Origin: an uncultured Gammaproteobacteria bacterium | GTDB taxonomy: Bacteria; Pseudomonadota; Gammaproteobacteria; UBA9214 | Direction of reading: 5' to 3' | NCBI GenBank assembly: GCA_963827755.1 | Contig: CAWHCQ010000009.1 | Coordinates: 54,464 to 118,463 of the forward strand | DNA: 64,000 bases | Part shown: piece after piece, positions 10,270 to 20,017 of the stretch | How the letters are laid out: each line of letters starts with the position of its first letter | How positions within the stretch are numbered: position 1 is the stretch's first letter | Notes under the pieces: model-generated | What the model saw: the letters and a program-made list of their open reading frames with translations, nothing else | Database searches by the model: none | Told to the model about the DNA's origin: nothing | Position numbers and translations under genes: made by a program

Positions 10270-11688
10270 CTAGCCCGCCTTTTTGCGCCACGTGTGGACT
10301 GCCCTGTCAGGCCGCCACTGGTTCCCGGACCCTTCGTGAATCGTCAGGATCGGCCTGGGTTTTACCGGGATCTCCACCTCTTCTTCCGCAATCACTTCCC
10401 TCGACAGGCTGACGCGGCGGTTCCCGAGCCGTAGCACGAGTTGCTTCTCGCCCGTGTAGTAGGGATGCCAGAGCCGTATCAGAACGGGAACAGAGACATT
10501 CAGCCAGAAGGCAGTCAACATGAGCGTGTAAAAGGCCTGCTCGGTAAATATGGCATGCTCGACATAGCCTATGTTGAGCACCACGAAGGCAAGCTCCGCA
10601 CGTCCCAGCATGCCGAAGCCGATCATGATGCTCTCGTGCCAGTCAAAATGACCTGTATAACGTGCAGCCAGCAAGGCCGAGATTGTCTGGCCAAGGAGCA
10701 GGCCTGCTGTCAACACCAGGGTTTCCGGGAGAACGGAAATGATAATGTCGACATCAAGGATAATCCTGGTCCCGAGCGTTACAAAAAATACCGGGCCTAT
10801 CCACGAAAAAGCGACATTATCGATCACGTGTTTGGCGTTTTGATAGGCGGCTTCCTGCGCAGCCTTGTCGACGTGAAAATATTCCTTTTTGAGTATCAGT
10901 CCGGCCATGTAGGCGCCAACGGCCGGATGAAAGCTGAAATAGTGGGCAATAATGCCGATGACAAGTCCCAGCAGCAGGATGGCGAGCGTCGCGTTGCCGG
11001 ATTCCCCCAGCATGAGCAGGTCGCGCACACCGTGTTTGCGGATAAACGGGATGCGCTGCATGAACCTGCCCGGGCTCTCGCTTGGAAATATCCATAACCC
11101 CAGGGCGGTCACGATTCCGAAAAAGACAAACACATTCAGAATCACGGACAGTATGCCGGTGATCGACACTTCGCTCTCGCCGGTGGCCAGGGGTACCACC
11201 AGTGCAACCAGGGCAAGTGATCCGATATTGTCGAGTACTGCCGAGGTCATGATGCCGCGTGCTGCACTGGAGGTATTCAGGCCTTCACTTCGCAAGCAGA
11301 CCATGGTCAGGGAAACAGCGGTCATCGTCATTGCCAGGCCGCACATCAGCGCGAGTTTGACATCACCCCAGAAAAACATTGCCGTGCAGTAGGCGACGAG
11401 GAAGGGGCCGATTGCGCCGAACAGGGCAATCCCCCAGCTTCGCTTGATACCCTGGACGAACTTGCCCGGGTTTTCCTCGAAGCCCAGGGCGAACATGATG
11501 ATGATAATCCCGATGCTCGAGAGCCCTTCGATGAACGGTGAGGTCTCGACGGGCAGAATGCCGATGTTGACCATCAGCGATCCAAAGGCAAGAAAATAAA
11601 GGACGGCTGTCAGGTTGGTGCGCTTCGCAAGGAATGATGATACGAAGACGCCGAGCCAGATAATTGCAAGATATTCCAGGTCTTTCAT
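10270..11688 (-). CDS. Cation:proton antiporter (CPA2-type)
   Basis: About 12 TM; MFALGFE, SAVLDNI, GMLGRAELA. Confidence 0.9.
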   Translation of the reverse strand: MKDLEYLAIIWLGVFVSSFLAKRTNLTAVLYFLAFGSLMVNIGILPVETSPFIEGLSSIGIIIIMFALGFEENPGKFVQGIKRSWGIALFGAIGPFLVAYCTAMFFWGDVKLALMCGLAMTMTAVSLTMVCLRSEGLNTSSAARGIMTSAVLDNIGSLALVALVVPLATGESEVSITGILSVILNVFVFFGIVTALGLWIFPSESPGRFMQRIPFIRKHGVRDLLMLGESGNATLAILLLGLVIGIIAHYFSFHPAVGAYMAGLILKKEYFHVDKAAQEAAYQNAKHVIDNVAFSWIGPVFFVTLGTRIILDVDIIISVLPETLVLTAGLLLGQTISALLAARYTGHFDWHESIMIGFGMLGRAELAFVVLNIGYVEHAIFTEQAFYTLMLTAFWLNVSVPVLIRLWHPYYTGEKQLVLRLGNRRVSLSREVIAEEEVEIPVKPRPILTIHEGSGNQWRPDRAVHTWRKKAG

Positions 11689-11900
11689 CGTCGCCTCTAC
11701 TGCTACACCTCACTTGGTCTGCAGCACTGAAGCGGTGTTCGGGTACAGGCTGCAAGTCAGACTGAACCGTCAAAGTATTGACGAATAATTCTCAGGGTTC
11801 AGCCGTGTTGGCAATACCGTTCATTTACAAATTCTCGTCGTATCAAATCAGCACAATTGCCTTGTTGTATATATCGACCTGCAAAAAATAAAATTAAGTG

Positions 11901-12023
11901 AACCCTTCGCGAGCTGGCGCTCGCTCCTGACACATCCTGTGCCGCTCACCGACCCTTAATAATTGTAGGAGCCAGCGCAAGCTGGCGAACCGGCGAACCG
12001 GCAAGGACAGCAGTGGATCCGAC
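11901..12023. repeat. GTAGGAGC REP pair plus inverted C-like half
   Basis: Inverted counterpart of parts of 10009-10179. Confidence 0.75.
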
Positions 12024-12024
12024 T

Positions 12025-12561
12025 TTATTGATTCTCCGGCAACTTGCTTGATGCACGGACTCTACCCGCTTCATCCACCACACGAATCGCCGCATAATCG
12101 CCTTTTGGTATCGATACCAATACGCACGGACTCGTTATAACCTGTGCCATTAATGCATCTGCCGGAGGCTCTACCCACGAGACCAACAAGGTCAAATCAT
12201 GACCGCTGATTGCTGCAGTCCCGGAGGCCAGACCAAGCTGGTAACCCGCTGTTGAATGCTTCCCCATGTAAACAGCAATTACACCCGAACGATTGAAATC
12301 CACGGTTGGCAGGTAACCGCTATCATCTAAAATATGTTTTCTTGTCTGCTTGTATGCAGACTTATACGCCTCAATGTTGCTTATCCATACCACAGATGGC
12401 TCCATGCCATCATTCCAGCACTGGCTACTCTGTGTCAGCAAAGCGGCTTCAACTGTTGCAGGCGTGGATCCTGGAATACCATTTGCCCTGCAGGCAGAGA
12501 GCAATAAAACCAGAAGACCGGTCCACAACCGGGCCTTACCTCTGTAGCTGGTGTAGTGCAC
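12025..12561 (-). CDS. PrcB C-terminal domain lipoprotein (protease complex subunit)
   Basis: Lipobox LLSAC; VDF..IAVYMG..TAGY..AQVITSP; start uncertain (GTG 12561). Confidence 0.7.
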   Translation of the reverse strand: MHYTSYRGKARLWTGLLVLLLSACRANGIPGSTPATVEAALLTQSSQCWNDGMEPSVVWISNIEAYKSAYKQTRKHILDDSGYLPTVDFNRSGVIAVYMGKHSTAGYQLGLASGTAAISGHDLTLLVSWVEPPADALMAQVITSPCVLVSIPKGDYAAIRVVDEAGRVRASSKLPENQ

Positions 12562-15181
12562 TTTTTTTATCCAGTCTTCTATAGGGTCGCCGGGTGAGTG
12601 TGCCTGATTCAGTCGATAGCGCCGAAAAACCGGTGATGTAGGACGTTGGGAATTCACTCAATGACTGATTTGCATTCACGTCGACTTCCAGTGGTTGCTC
12701 AACAGTAAGATATGCACCGCATGACTCTCCTGCATCACAGATCAAGGCGTTATTGTTACTGTCACTGCCTGAAATAATCAGATAAGTGCCTTCTGGCACC
12801 TGGTCAAAACGATAGGAATACTCGCCGTCAATTGCGCTTGCTGCATACTCATACAGCGCATCCCCCGTGACTGGATCAATCAACAGAACATACTGAAAAC
12901 CAGCGTCAGCTGGTACAACGTCATTGCTGATTTGCATGATTACGGGCACAAAAACGGTGTTGGCAGAAGATGTAATCGTAATCGTTGCTGTATAGGTCCC
13001 TGCTTCCAGACCGGCACGATTGATAGAGACGACATAGGTGCCGTTACCGTTAATATCAACAACATTCTCCGTAACAGTCAACCACGATGCGCCAACAGTC
13101 GGCGTATCCACTGTCAGTTCGCCGCTGCCACTATTTTCAAGGCTCAATGACAGGTTCGTACCAATGGATCCAAAATTAAGCGACGAAGGGCTGGCCACCA
13201 GATTTTGTGCTACGGCCGCCCCCCCGGCAGCAACGACTGCCTTATGGGCATTGATTAAACCATATCCGTACACATCATCACGACCTGCCAGTCCAAGGTC
13301 TACTGTCAGTTGCCCACTGGATAGCAGGCTGTCAAATGCCGCGGGGGACAACGCAGGGTTTATCGCCTTCATCAAGGCAGCAACACCTGCGACATGCGGG
13401 CTGGCCATTGATGTCCCGTTCAGGAACCCGAAAACCGGCACAATACTGCCCGAAGTATCATCACCTCTCGTACTCAGAACCAGGTCCGGATAGCCATCGC
13501 CATTAATATCCGGGGTACCATCCCCGCCCGGCGCGGCAACATCGATAGTCGCTCCAAAGTTTGAATAGGATGCCTTGTTCTTGTTTATGTCTACGGCACT
13601 CACCGATACCACGCCATTATAAGATGCCGGGTAGAAGGGAACGCTGTTGTTGTTATTGCCTGCGGCTGCCACGACGATGACGCCCTGGTTCCTCACCTCG
13701 GTTATCAAATCCTGGGACGCCTGGGAAAATCCGCCACCGCCGAGACTCAGATTAATCACATCGGCTCTCTGGTCGGGCAACGTTCCGGAATCATTATCAA
13801 GACCCGCGGCATAACGAACCGCCTGAGATACGTCGTATGAGGTCCCCCCCTGGGCACCAAGAACACGCAGAGGCATTATCGACGTTGACCAGGTAACCCC
13901 GGAAACACCTGTCATATTGTTGGTAGCCGCACCAATCGTGCCGGCGACATGCGTGCCATGAAATGCAGAAGAACCGATATTATTCACATCTCCCGGATCA
14001 TTCGGGTTGTTATCAATGCCATCCCCATCCCCTGAGGCTGATGGTGACTGTATAAAATCATAGCCCTGTATGAGCCTCCCTTGCAGATCCGGGTGCGTCA
14101 GAATTACGCCCGTATCTATCACAGCGACAATGACATCACTGCTACCCGTTGTAATGTCCCACGCCTGTGGCAAATTGATCAACGGATAATGCCACTGCAG
14201 GGAATAGCGCTGATCATTCGGCAGCAATAAAGGTTGAATTAAATAGTTCGGGTCTGCATATTTTATGTCGGGGCGCTGCCGTAATGCCTTGATCATCCTG
14301 ATCGTTTCAATCTTCTTTGGGTCAATATTTACACTCTGCATCAGGACAGATTGACGTTTTTCTGCAGCATTTGTTTTCAGGGTCTGGACTGCACTTTCTG
14401 TTTGCCGGGTCTCGTCGAGGCTAAACAACACTTCCCTGTTCATGGCTCCGGCTTTTGCGGCCAAACCACTGCTACTTGCTTTTGAGGACAGGCTGGTAAC
14501 GCTGCTTGTTGCTGCGTCGAGTGCATCGTTAAACCGCACCACCATATCGCCAGGGACAAAGTCATCCAGTGTACTCAGGGTGTCTACAGTACCGGCAGGC
14601 GCTTCCTGACTCACCGTCAGAACGTAATTCGATGCGCCGGAATATGCAAAAACCTCGATAACGTAGGTGCCGGTAACCGCTGATATGATGGTTTCTGTAT
14701 GACCAACACCTTCTGAACTATCTACGATGATGCCATCGGTATCGCCTAAAAATAAGTCAAGATCATTCAAGACCGAAGAATCACCGATGATGAGGGTAAT
14801 CCGCTGGCCAGCGACAAGCGAGATCCTGTACAGGTCAGTCGCGTCTCCAGCGAGCCGGGAACGACCAGCCTCCCCTTCACCGGGTTGATTAACGTAACCA
14901 CCGACATTAACAGGATTGGGTATATCCTGAATTGTTGAAAGCGTGTCGTTGGGAACAAATGCGGCGTTAACATCATTTACATCTCCATCGACAACACTCC
15001 CCCCCGTGGCAACAACACTCCCGCTTATCGTGAAGGTGGCTATATCAGTCTGTGGGGCCGGGGGTACAGATGAACCACCTCCCCCGCCCCCGCCGCCCCC
15101 GCCGCCGCAAGCAGGAAGAATCACTGCCAGCGCGCAAGAGAGAAGGAAGTGCCTGGTCTTCGGGGTTATGCTCCCGTTCAT
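12536..15181 (-). CDS. S8 subtilisin-like serine protease lipoprotein with PPC-like domain
   Basis: VAVIDTG, HGTHVAG, GTSMASPHVAG triad; lipobox LPAC; start ATG 15181 after GGAG. Confidence 0.92.
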   Translation of the reverse strand: MNGSITPKTRHFLLSCALAVILPACGGGGGGGGGGGSSVPPAPQTDIATFTISGSVVATGGSVVDGDVNDVNAAFVPNDTLSTIQDIPNPVNVGGYVNQPGEGEAGRSRLAGDATDLYRISLVAGQRITLIIGDSSVLNDLDLFLGDTDGIIVDSSEGVGHTETIISAVTGTYVIEVFAYSGASNYVLTVSQEAPAGTVDTLSTLDDFVPGDMVVRFNDALDAATSSVTSLSSKASSSGLAAKAGAMNREVLFSLDETRQTESAVQTLKTNAAEKRQSVLMQSVNIDPKKIETIRMIKALRQRPDIKYADPNYLIQPLLLPNDQRYSLQWHYPLINLPQAWDITTGSSDVIVAVIDTGVILTHPDLQGRLIQGYDFIQSPSASGDGDGIDNNPNDPGDVNNIGSSAFHGTHVAGTIGAATNNMTGVSGVTWSTSIMPLRVLGAQGGTSYDVSQAVRYAAGLDNDSGTLPDQRADVINLSLGGGGFSQASQDLITEVRNQGVIVVAAAGNNNNSVPFYPASYNGVVSVSAVDINKNKASYSNFGATIDVAAPGGDGTPDINGDGYPDLVLSTRGDDTSGSIVPVFGFLNGTSMASPHVAGVAALMKAINPALSPAAFDSLLSSGQLTVDLGLAGRDDVYGYGLINAHKAVVAAGGAAVAQNLVASPSSLNFGSIGTNLSLSLENSGSGELTVDTPTVGASWLTVTENVVDINGNGTYVVSINRAGLEAGTYTATITITSSANTVFVPVIMQISNDVVPADAGFQYVLLIDPVTGDALYEYAASAIDGEYSYRFDQVPEGTYLIISGSDSNNNALICDAGESCGAYLTVEQPLEVDVNANQSLSEFPTSYITGFSALSTESGTLTRRPYRRLDKKSALHQLQR

Positions 15182-15211
15182 CTCCACTCCATGATTACGG
15201 TCAGTCTCTTC

Positions 15212-15346
15212 GAGATCAACAGGGCCCGACTCACTACTGTCCCATAACTGCTCATAGTGGGAGATGGAGTTTGTGCGACAGCAGTGGTTCAGACTCCTTT
15301 GATCCGTCAACAATCAGCAGTATCAATCAAGTACGACCCTGTTGAT
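15212..15346. repeat. Nested family C elements
   Basis: ATCAACAGGGCCCGACTCACTACTGTC..GACAGCAGTGG then TTCAGACTCCTTTGATCCGTCAAC..GACCCTGTTGAT. Confidence 0.7.
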
Positions 15347-15392
15347 TCCTGTTAATTCACCATTGATTTGTGAAAAATTGTGTCATGAAAAA

Positions 15393-15425
15393 TGTCATAG
15401 CACATTTTCTACTTCGGCCCCTTTT
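15393..15425. repeat. Hybrid element: A left arm + B right arm
   Basis: TGTCATAGCACATTTT..TCGGCCCCTTTT. Confidence 0.55.
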
Positions 15426-15428
15426 CCC

Positions 15429-16232
15429 CTAGCGAAACAGGCCCGATATTCCCTGCTTTTGAAAATTTCCGTAGGCGTTAAAGCGCGCATCGGACAGCGC
15501 GGCATTCGAGACCGCGGTGACCTGGTACTGCGTGCCATGCTCGATGTCCCGCACGGCCAGCGGCACACCTTCCAGGTCGGCTGCAAGTAATTCAAACTGC
15601 TCTGTCATACCGCCCAGCAGGCCACTGGCAGTGCCCGCCATGCTGCGCGAAAGCCTGACCAGGGCTTCAAGTGTGGCGAAATCCCGGGTTGACAGCTTGC
15701 CGCTGGCCGCGGTCGCCATGCAAACCTCCGCGACGGGACGGCCATTCTTCAATATGCCGCTGGCCTGACATCGCAGCCCGGCAATGGTGTGACTGCCGCG
15801 GTCAACGGTCCGGATGTCGGCGGTTCTGACCGGCTTGCCTGCAGCAGGCGCGCCCGGTATCGCCCCCATGCGCTGCTCGATCATTCTGCGCTGTTCTGCC
15901 GGCAGCCCGGCAAGCATGTCCGCCATGTACGGCGCCATGGATTGCTTGATGTTGGCAGCCGTCTGCACCGCGGCCTCAAGTTCTGCTGCTGTCAGCTGTG
16001 TGTATTTCCGCTGTTGCGGCTCTACATAGGTGATGACCCCGGTCCCGCTGTCATAGAGCAGGTATTCACCCCTGTCATCACTGCTCACCCGGCCCTTGCC
16101 GTTCCTGGCCTGTATTGTCGTGTTCAGTCCGTCCGAACCACGTACTTTCAGTGTGGCATCTGCGTGTACCGGCATGGCCGCCAGCATGACGGATGCCGCG
16201 ACCATACCGCCAATAATGCACCTCGAAATCAT
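15429..16232 (-). CDS. Secreted protein, DUF4412-like
   Basis: Signal peptide to ADA; TIAGLRC motif; start ATG 16232 after GGAGG. Confidence 0.65.
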   Translation of the reverse strand: MISRCIIGGMVAASVMLAAMPVHADATLKVRGSDGLNTTIQARNGKGRVSSDDRGEYLLYDSGTGVITYVEPQQRKYTQLTAAELEAAVQTAANIKQSMAPYMADMLAGLPAEQRRMIEQRMGAIPGAPAAGKPVRTADIRTVDRGSHTIAGLRCQASGILKNGRPVAEVCMATAASGKLSTRDFATLEALVRLSRSMAGTASGLLGGMTEQFELLAADLEGVPLAVRDIEHGTQYQVTAVSNAALSDARFNAYGNFQKQGISGLFR

Positions 16233-16282
16233 AGTGATATCCTCCGTTGGTTTTATTTCAAATGATTCAGCGCCCGGACAAT

Positions 16283-16338
16283 AAAAGGGGCCGGATACAA
16301 TTTCAGATTCCATTTGAAAATTGTATCCGGCCCCTTTT
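16283..16338. repeat. Family B palindromic element
   Basis: AAAAGGGGCCGGATACAATTT..AAATTGTATCCGGCCCCTTTT. Confidence 0.9.
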
Positions 16339-16421
16339 CCGCATGGATTATACTACCATGTCAGGCCTGAGGCGTATAACAGTAAACCCGGGCCAGATCC
16401 GATATTGACAGGAGAAACGAA

Positions 16422-16829
16422 ATGTCTGAAACGATTTCCGGCGGGTGTTTATGCGGGAAGGTAACTTTCGAGGTGTTGAACGAGTTTAAACAATTTCATT
16501 TATGCCACTGCACTGAATGCAGAAAAATAACCGGTTCTGCTCACGCGTCCAATCTGTTTGCCAGCGCGAAAAATATTAAATGGCTAAGTGGTATTGAGAA
16601 CATCAAGCAATATGATTCTCCGGAATATGGTATATCAAAGGCATTTTGCACCGAGTGCGGTTGCGGCGTTCCCTTCATTACGAAAAATGGCAAAGTATTG
16701 GTTATTCCAGCGGGTTCGCTCAATGGAAATCCCGACATTGCGCCGCAGGATAATCTCTTCTGGCCGGAGCGGGCCGGGTGGTATGACGAGGCAGTTGCTG
16801 CAGTACACTTTGATGCTTTCCCGGAGTGA
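16422..16829 (+). CDS. GFA/CENP-V family protein
   Basis: GGCLCG, CHCTECRK, FCTECG. Confidence 0.92.
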   Translation: MSETISGGCLCGKVTFEVLNEFKQFHLCHCTECRKITGSAHASNLFASAKNIKWLSGIENIKQYDSPEYGISKAFCTECGCGVPFITKNGKVLVIPAGSLNGNPDIAPQDNLFWPERAGWYDEAVAAVHFDAFPE

Positions 16830-16849
16830 GGCATTAATTCATTTCAGTT

Positions 16850-16894
16850 GGCCGAATGAATTCGGCCCTACAGTAGGGTCGAATTCATTCGACC
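16850..16894. repeat. GTAGGGCCGAATTCATTCGGCC-type REP doublet
   Basis: GGCCGAATGAATTCGGCCCTACA GTAGGGTCGAATTCATTCGACC. Confidence 0.8.
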
Positions 16895-17044
16895 AGCGAT
16901 GTTTAATAACCGGTACGGAGGCGTTTATCGGTTTAATGCCTGCATTCTTTTCCGGGGACGTGCAATAGCAACCACCGTCATGGCAACACTGATTAACAGG
17001 TAACGGGTGCCAGAGCACATTTTCCATAATCACACCAGCACGCT

Positions 17045-17767
17045 ATGCTCTATACCATGAGAAGGAAACACGCCCGTACCCGCATCATTTTACTGCTAGC
17101 CGGCCTGTTGCTGGCATGTTCTGCAGCCGCACAGGAACAAAGCATCCGCCCGGACATCAACCGTCACTTCGTCGATCCGGACTGGCAACAGTGGGTCAAC
17201 ACCTTCGAGCGCCCCGGTCGTGAAGTCTACGACAAGCGTCATGCCATCGTCGCCGCCAGCAAGGTCCGTCCCGGCATGGCGGTCGCCGATATCGGTGCCG
17301 GCACCGGCCTGTTTACCCGCCTGTTTGCCACCGCCGTCGAACCGGGCGGCACCGTCTATGCCATCGATATCGCCAGCAGCTTTATCGACAATATCCTGCG
17401 TACCTGCCGCGAACAGGGACTAATGAATGTGACGGGCATCGTCAACACGCCCGTTGATACCGGACTGCCGGCAGACTCCATCGACCTTGCCTTTATCACC
17501 GACACCTACCATCACTTTGAATATCCGCAGCAGACACTGGCTTCCATATACCAGGCGCTGCGCAGCGAGGGACGCGTCATCATTATCGACTTTCGTCGCG
17601 ACCCGCGCATCAGCTCGAACTGGGTTATGGGACACGTACGCGGCAACAGGGCACAGGTCATTCAGGAAATGAAGGTGGCCGGCTTCCGGCTTGTGGATGA
17701 CAAACCACTGATGCGAACCAACTACTTTCTGGAGTTTGTCAAATCTGGTAACAAAAAAGGCGAGTAG
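17045..17767 (+). CDS. Exported class I SAM-dependent methyltransferase
   Basis: Signal peptide; VADIGAGTG, DTYHHF. Confidence 0.88.
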   Translation: MLYTMRRKHARTRIILLLAGLLLACSAAAQEQSIRPDINRHFVDPDWQQWVNTFERPGREVYDKRHAIVAASKVRPGMAVADIGAGTGLFTRLFATAVEPGGTVYAIDIASSFIDNILRTCREQGLMNVTGIVNTPVDTGLPADSIDLAFITDTYHHFEYPQQTLASIYQALRSEGRVIIIDFRRDPRISSNWVMGHVRGNRAQVIQEMKVAGFRLVDDKPLMRTNYFLEFVKSGNKKGE

Positions 17768-17784
17768 CTACAGAAAAAGCTACG

Positions 17785-17834
17785 GGTGTCAGAGCACACT
17801 ACCACTTGTATCAGGGTTAAATGTGCTGACACTC
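17785..17834. repeat. Family A element (slightly deleted)
   Basis: GGTGTCAGAGCACA..AAATGTGCTGACAC. Confidence 0.8.
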
Positions 17835-17856
17835 TTTTCTCTGTTAACCGCTCCAC

Positions 17857-17886
17857 AAAAAGCCCGGCAGTCATCGCCGGGCTTTT
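17857..17886. terminator. Intrinsic terminator downstream of the OmpA fragment
   Basis: AAAAAGCCCGGC-loop-GCCGGGCTTTT. Confidence 0.75.
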
Positions 17887-17905
17887 GCACGTCTGCTTGA
17901 CACGG

Positions 17906-18031
17906 CTACTGTTGCCGCAATTCCACCCGGCGGTTCATCGCCCGCCCGTCCTTCGTGCCATTGTCCGCAACGGGTTCAGCTTCACCATAACCCCTGGCCG
18001 TGAGTCTGGCGGCGTTCGCGCCATGCTTGAA
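17906..18031 (-). pseudogene. C-terminal fragment of an OmpA-family protein
   Basis: HGANAARLTARGYGEAEPVADNGTKDGRAMNRRVEL; the 5' part is missing. Confidence 0.8.
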
Positions 18032-18139
18032 GGAAAATGCAATCTGAATCAACGGGATCGGATGCCCTGCTGTCCCACACTCCATCCCCTCAGGGGGAGG
18101 GCCGGGCTGTAAATTCACCGCAGAAGAACAAATACAAAT

Positions 18140-18913
18140 TCACCCCCCGGCCAACCCCTCCAGCCAGTTCGCAACGGCCTCGACCAGGTCATCTTCCCGC
18201 CCGTCAAAGAAATGATTCGCCCCGTCAATCTCGACCTGCTTATAGCCGCGGTTACCCGCCTTCCCGGCCGCCTGCGCACGCGCACCGGCGCTCCCCAGCA
18301 CCCCCTCGAGATCCTCACTCCCGTAGAGGTCCAGCACCGGCAGCGTAATCCCCCCGAGCGAGCGCACGCCGTCCATGCGCGGATCCTCCGACCCCTGCAT
18401 GCCGATGGCCACAAAGCCCTGCACGTCCGGTTTCGCGCCGGCGAGGTAATAAGCGGTCATCGCGGCCCCCATGCTGTGGCCGATCAGCACCACCTCTTTA
18501 GCACCCTTCGCTTTCAGGTAGGCAACCGCCGCATCGATGCGCGGGGCGACCTCGTCGAACAGCGGCGCGTACTCGGCGTGTTCGGCCTCGTTGGCCAGCA
18601 CGGGCATCTGGATGGACAGGGTGTTCCAGTCGTGCGCGGCCAGTTCAACGCGCAGCGGCTGGATCACCTGCTGCCAGTCCGGGTGGATGCCGGTCCCGTG
18701 CATCACCACGACAGCGCGGCCCTTGTCCTCAGCGGCCTCGGTATAAATCCCGAGAAAATCATGAGCACCGTCGTTCAGCCAGACCGCCTCGCCGTCCATG
18801 ATGGCGTCGACCACCTGGTTCGCCCAGCGTTTTTCCTTGGCAAGGTCCGAGGCCTGCAGGGTAGCGCTTAAGCTAAACAGTGAAATTGCCAGGAACCTGG
18901 TCAATGCGTGCAT
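18140..18913 (-). CDS. Alpha/beta hydrolase (DUF3530-like)
   Basis: GHSMG nucleophile motif, PVLDLYG, GANHFF; start ATG 18913 after GGAGGAG. Confidence 0.85.
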   Translation of the reverse strand: MHALTRFLAISLFSLSATLQASDLAKEKRWANQVVDAIMDGEAVWLNDGAHDFLGIYTEAAEDKGRAVVVMHGTGIHPDWQQVIQPLRVELAAHDWNTLSIQMPVLANEAEHAEYAPLFDEVAPRIDAAVAYLKAKGAKEVVLIGHSMGAAMTAYYLAGAKPDVQGFVAIGMQGSEDPRMDGVRSLGGITLPVLDLYGSEDLEGVLGSAGARAQAAGKAGNRGYKQVEIDGANHFFDGREDDLVEAVANWLEGLAGG

Positions 18914-18951
18914 GGGATTCTCCTCCGGGTGATCGGGTGGGATAAATGGAG

Positions 18952-19015
18952 TAAAGGGTGTCAGAACACATTTAACACTAATATATAAGGAACAAATGCG
19001 CTCTGACAACCTTTA
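18952..19015. repeat. Family A element
   Basis: TAAAGGGTGTCAGAACACATTT..AAATGCGCTCTGACAACCTTTA. Confidence 0.85.
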
Positions 19016-19017
19016 TC

Positions 19018-19392
19018 CTACTTCTTGAACAACTCGTCCAGCTTCTCATGCGCCGGGGCTTCCTCGCTGCGGGTTTCTGATGCAGCCCCGGAGGGCTCAC
19101 TCCCGAACAAGGCGTCCAGCGCCTGGTGCGACGCAACAGTCTGATCCGCGGACGCAGTAAAGGCATGCGGATTGATCTGGAAATAACCACAGAAATTAGC
19201 CCGCAGCTTATCGGACACGAGGTCGGCAACCGGCTCCCGACATTGCTGCGCCAAAGTGGTATCGAAAAACACACACATCCGGCACACGTGCAGCTGTGCC
19301 CGGCAGTGAGGACATTCCTCGTGACGTGCCAGCGGCAACAACAGATCCGGCAGCGCCCCGCCGCATTTCCAGCATTCATATGTTTCGATCAT
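19018..19392 (-). CDS. Cys-rich zinc-ribbon hypothetical protein
   Basis: CWKCG, CPHC..HVCRMC, ANFCGYF. Confidence 0.75.
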   Translation of the reverse strand: MIETYECWKCGGALPDLLLPLARHEECPHCRAQLHVCRMCVFFDTTLAQQCREPVADLVSDKLRANFCGYFQINPHAFTASADQTVASHQALDALFGSEPSGAASETRSEEAPAHEKLDELFKK

Positions 19393-19413
19393 GGAAGACT
19401 CCATACAGATACT

Positions 19414-19543
19414 TGTGCTCTGACGCACTTTTCTCCTCTGCAAAGATCAACAGGGTCGGACCTTTTTTATCCGCTATTGATTCATCCGTCATCCCGGCGA
19501 AGGCCGGGATCCGGCAATTTCAATCGAGTCTGACCCTGTTAAT
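19414..19543. repeat. A right half followed by family C element with nested CGTCATCCCGG palindrome
   Basis: TGTGCTCTGACGC; ATCAACAGGGTCGGACC..CGTCATCCCGGCGAAGGCCGGGATCC..GAGTCTGACCCTGTT. Confidence 0.8.
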
Positions 19544-19550
19544 TCTGGCC

Positions 19551-19946
19551 TCACCGCTCCCATTCCTCAAACTGCGGGGCCGTTCCGCCGATGTGGTCCC
19601 AAGGCGCCTTTGACCCAACAAAGATGTGTGCCCGAATCTCAACGCCCGGGTCGCCATTGACGGTTCCAAGAGCGACACCGTGAACCTGGCCTTTGTACGT
19701 GCCGCACAACGTCGTCCCGCATGTTGCACAGAAACACAATCCCCATTCCAGCCCGGATGAATATCGCCGTATGTTATCGCCGCCGGCAACCCAGCTGAAT
19801 GAAGCGGGATCTGCCAACTCCGCATAGGCTGACGATGCGCCACTAAATGCCTTGCGGCATTGCGAACAGTGGCAGGATCGAGCGTTCGTAAGGACGCCGT
19901 CGATTCGATATTTCACTGTCCCACAGAAACATTCACCCTCGATCAA
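19551..19946 (-). CDS. GFA/CENP-V family protein
   Basis: GECFCG, CHCSQCRK, FCATCG, HIFVGSKAPW. Confidence 0.92.
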   Translation of the reverse strand: MIEGECFCGTVKYRIDGVLTNARSCHCSQCRKAFSGASSAYAELADPASFSWVAGGDNIRRYSSGLEWGLCFCATCGTTLCGTYKGQVHGVALGTVNGDPGVEIRAHIFVGSKAPWDHIGGTAPQFEEWER

Positions 19947-20017
19947 GTTATCTGTTCCTCGCTCAATGACGTCCGATCAACAGGCCCGGACCGGGCCTTT
20001 TGATTCTACTCATTTAC

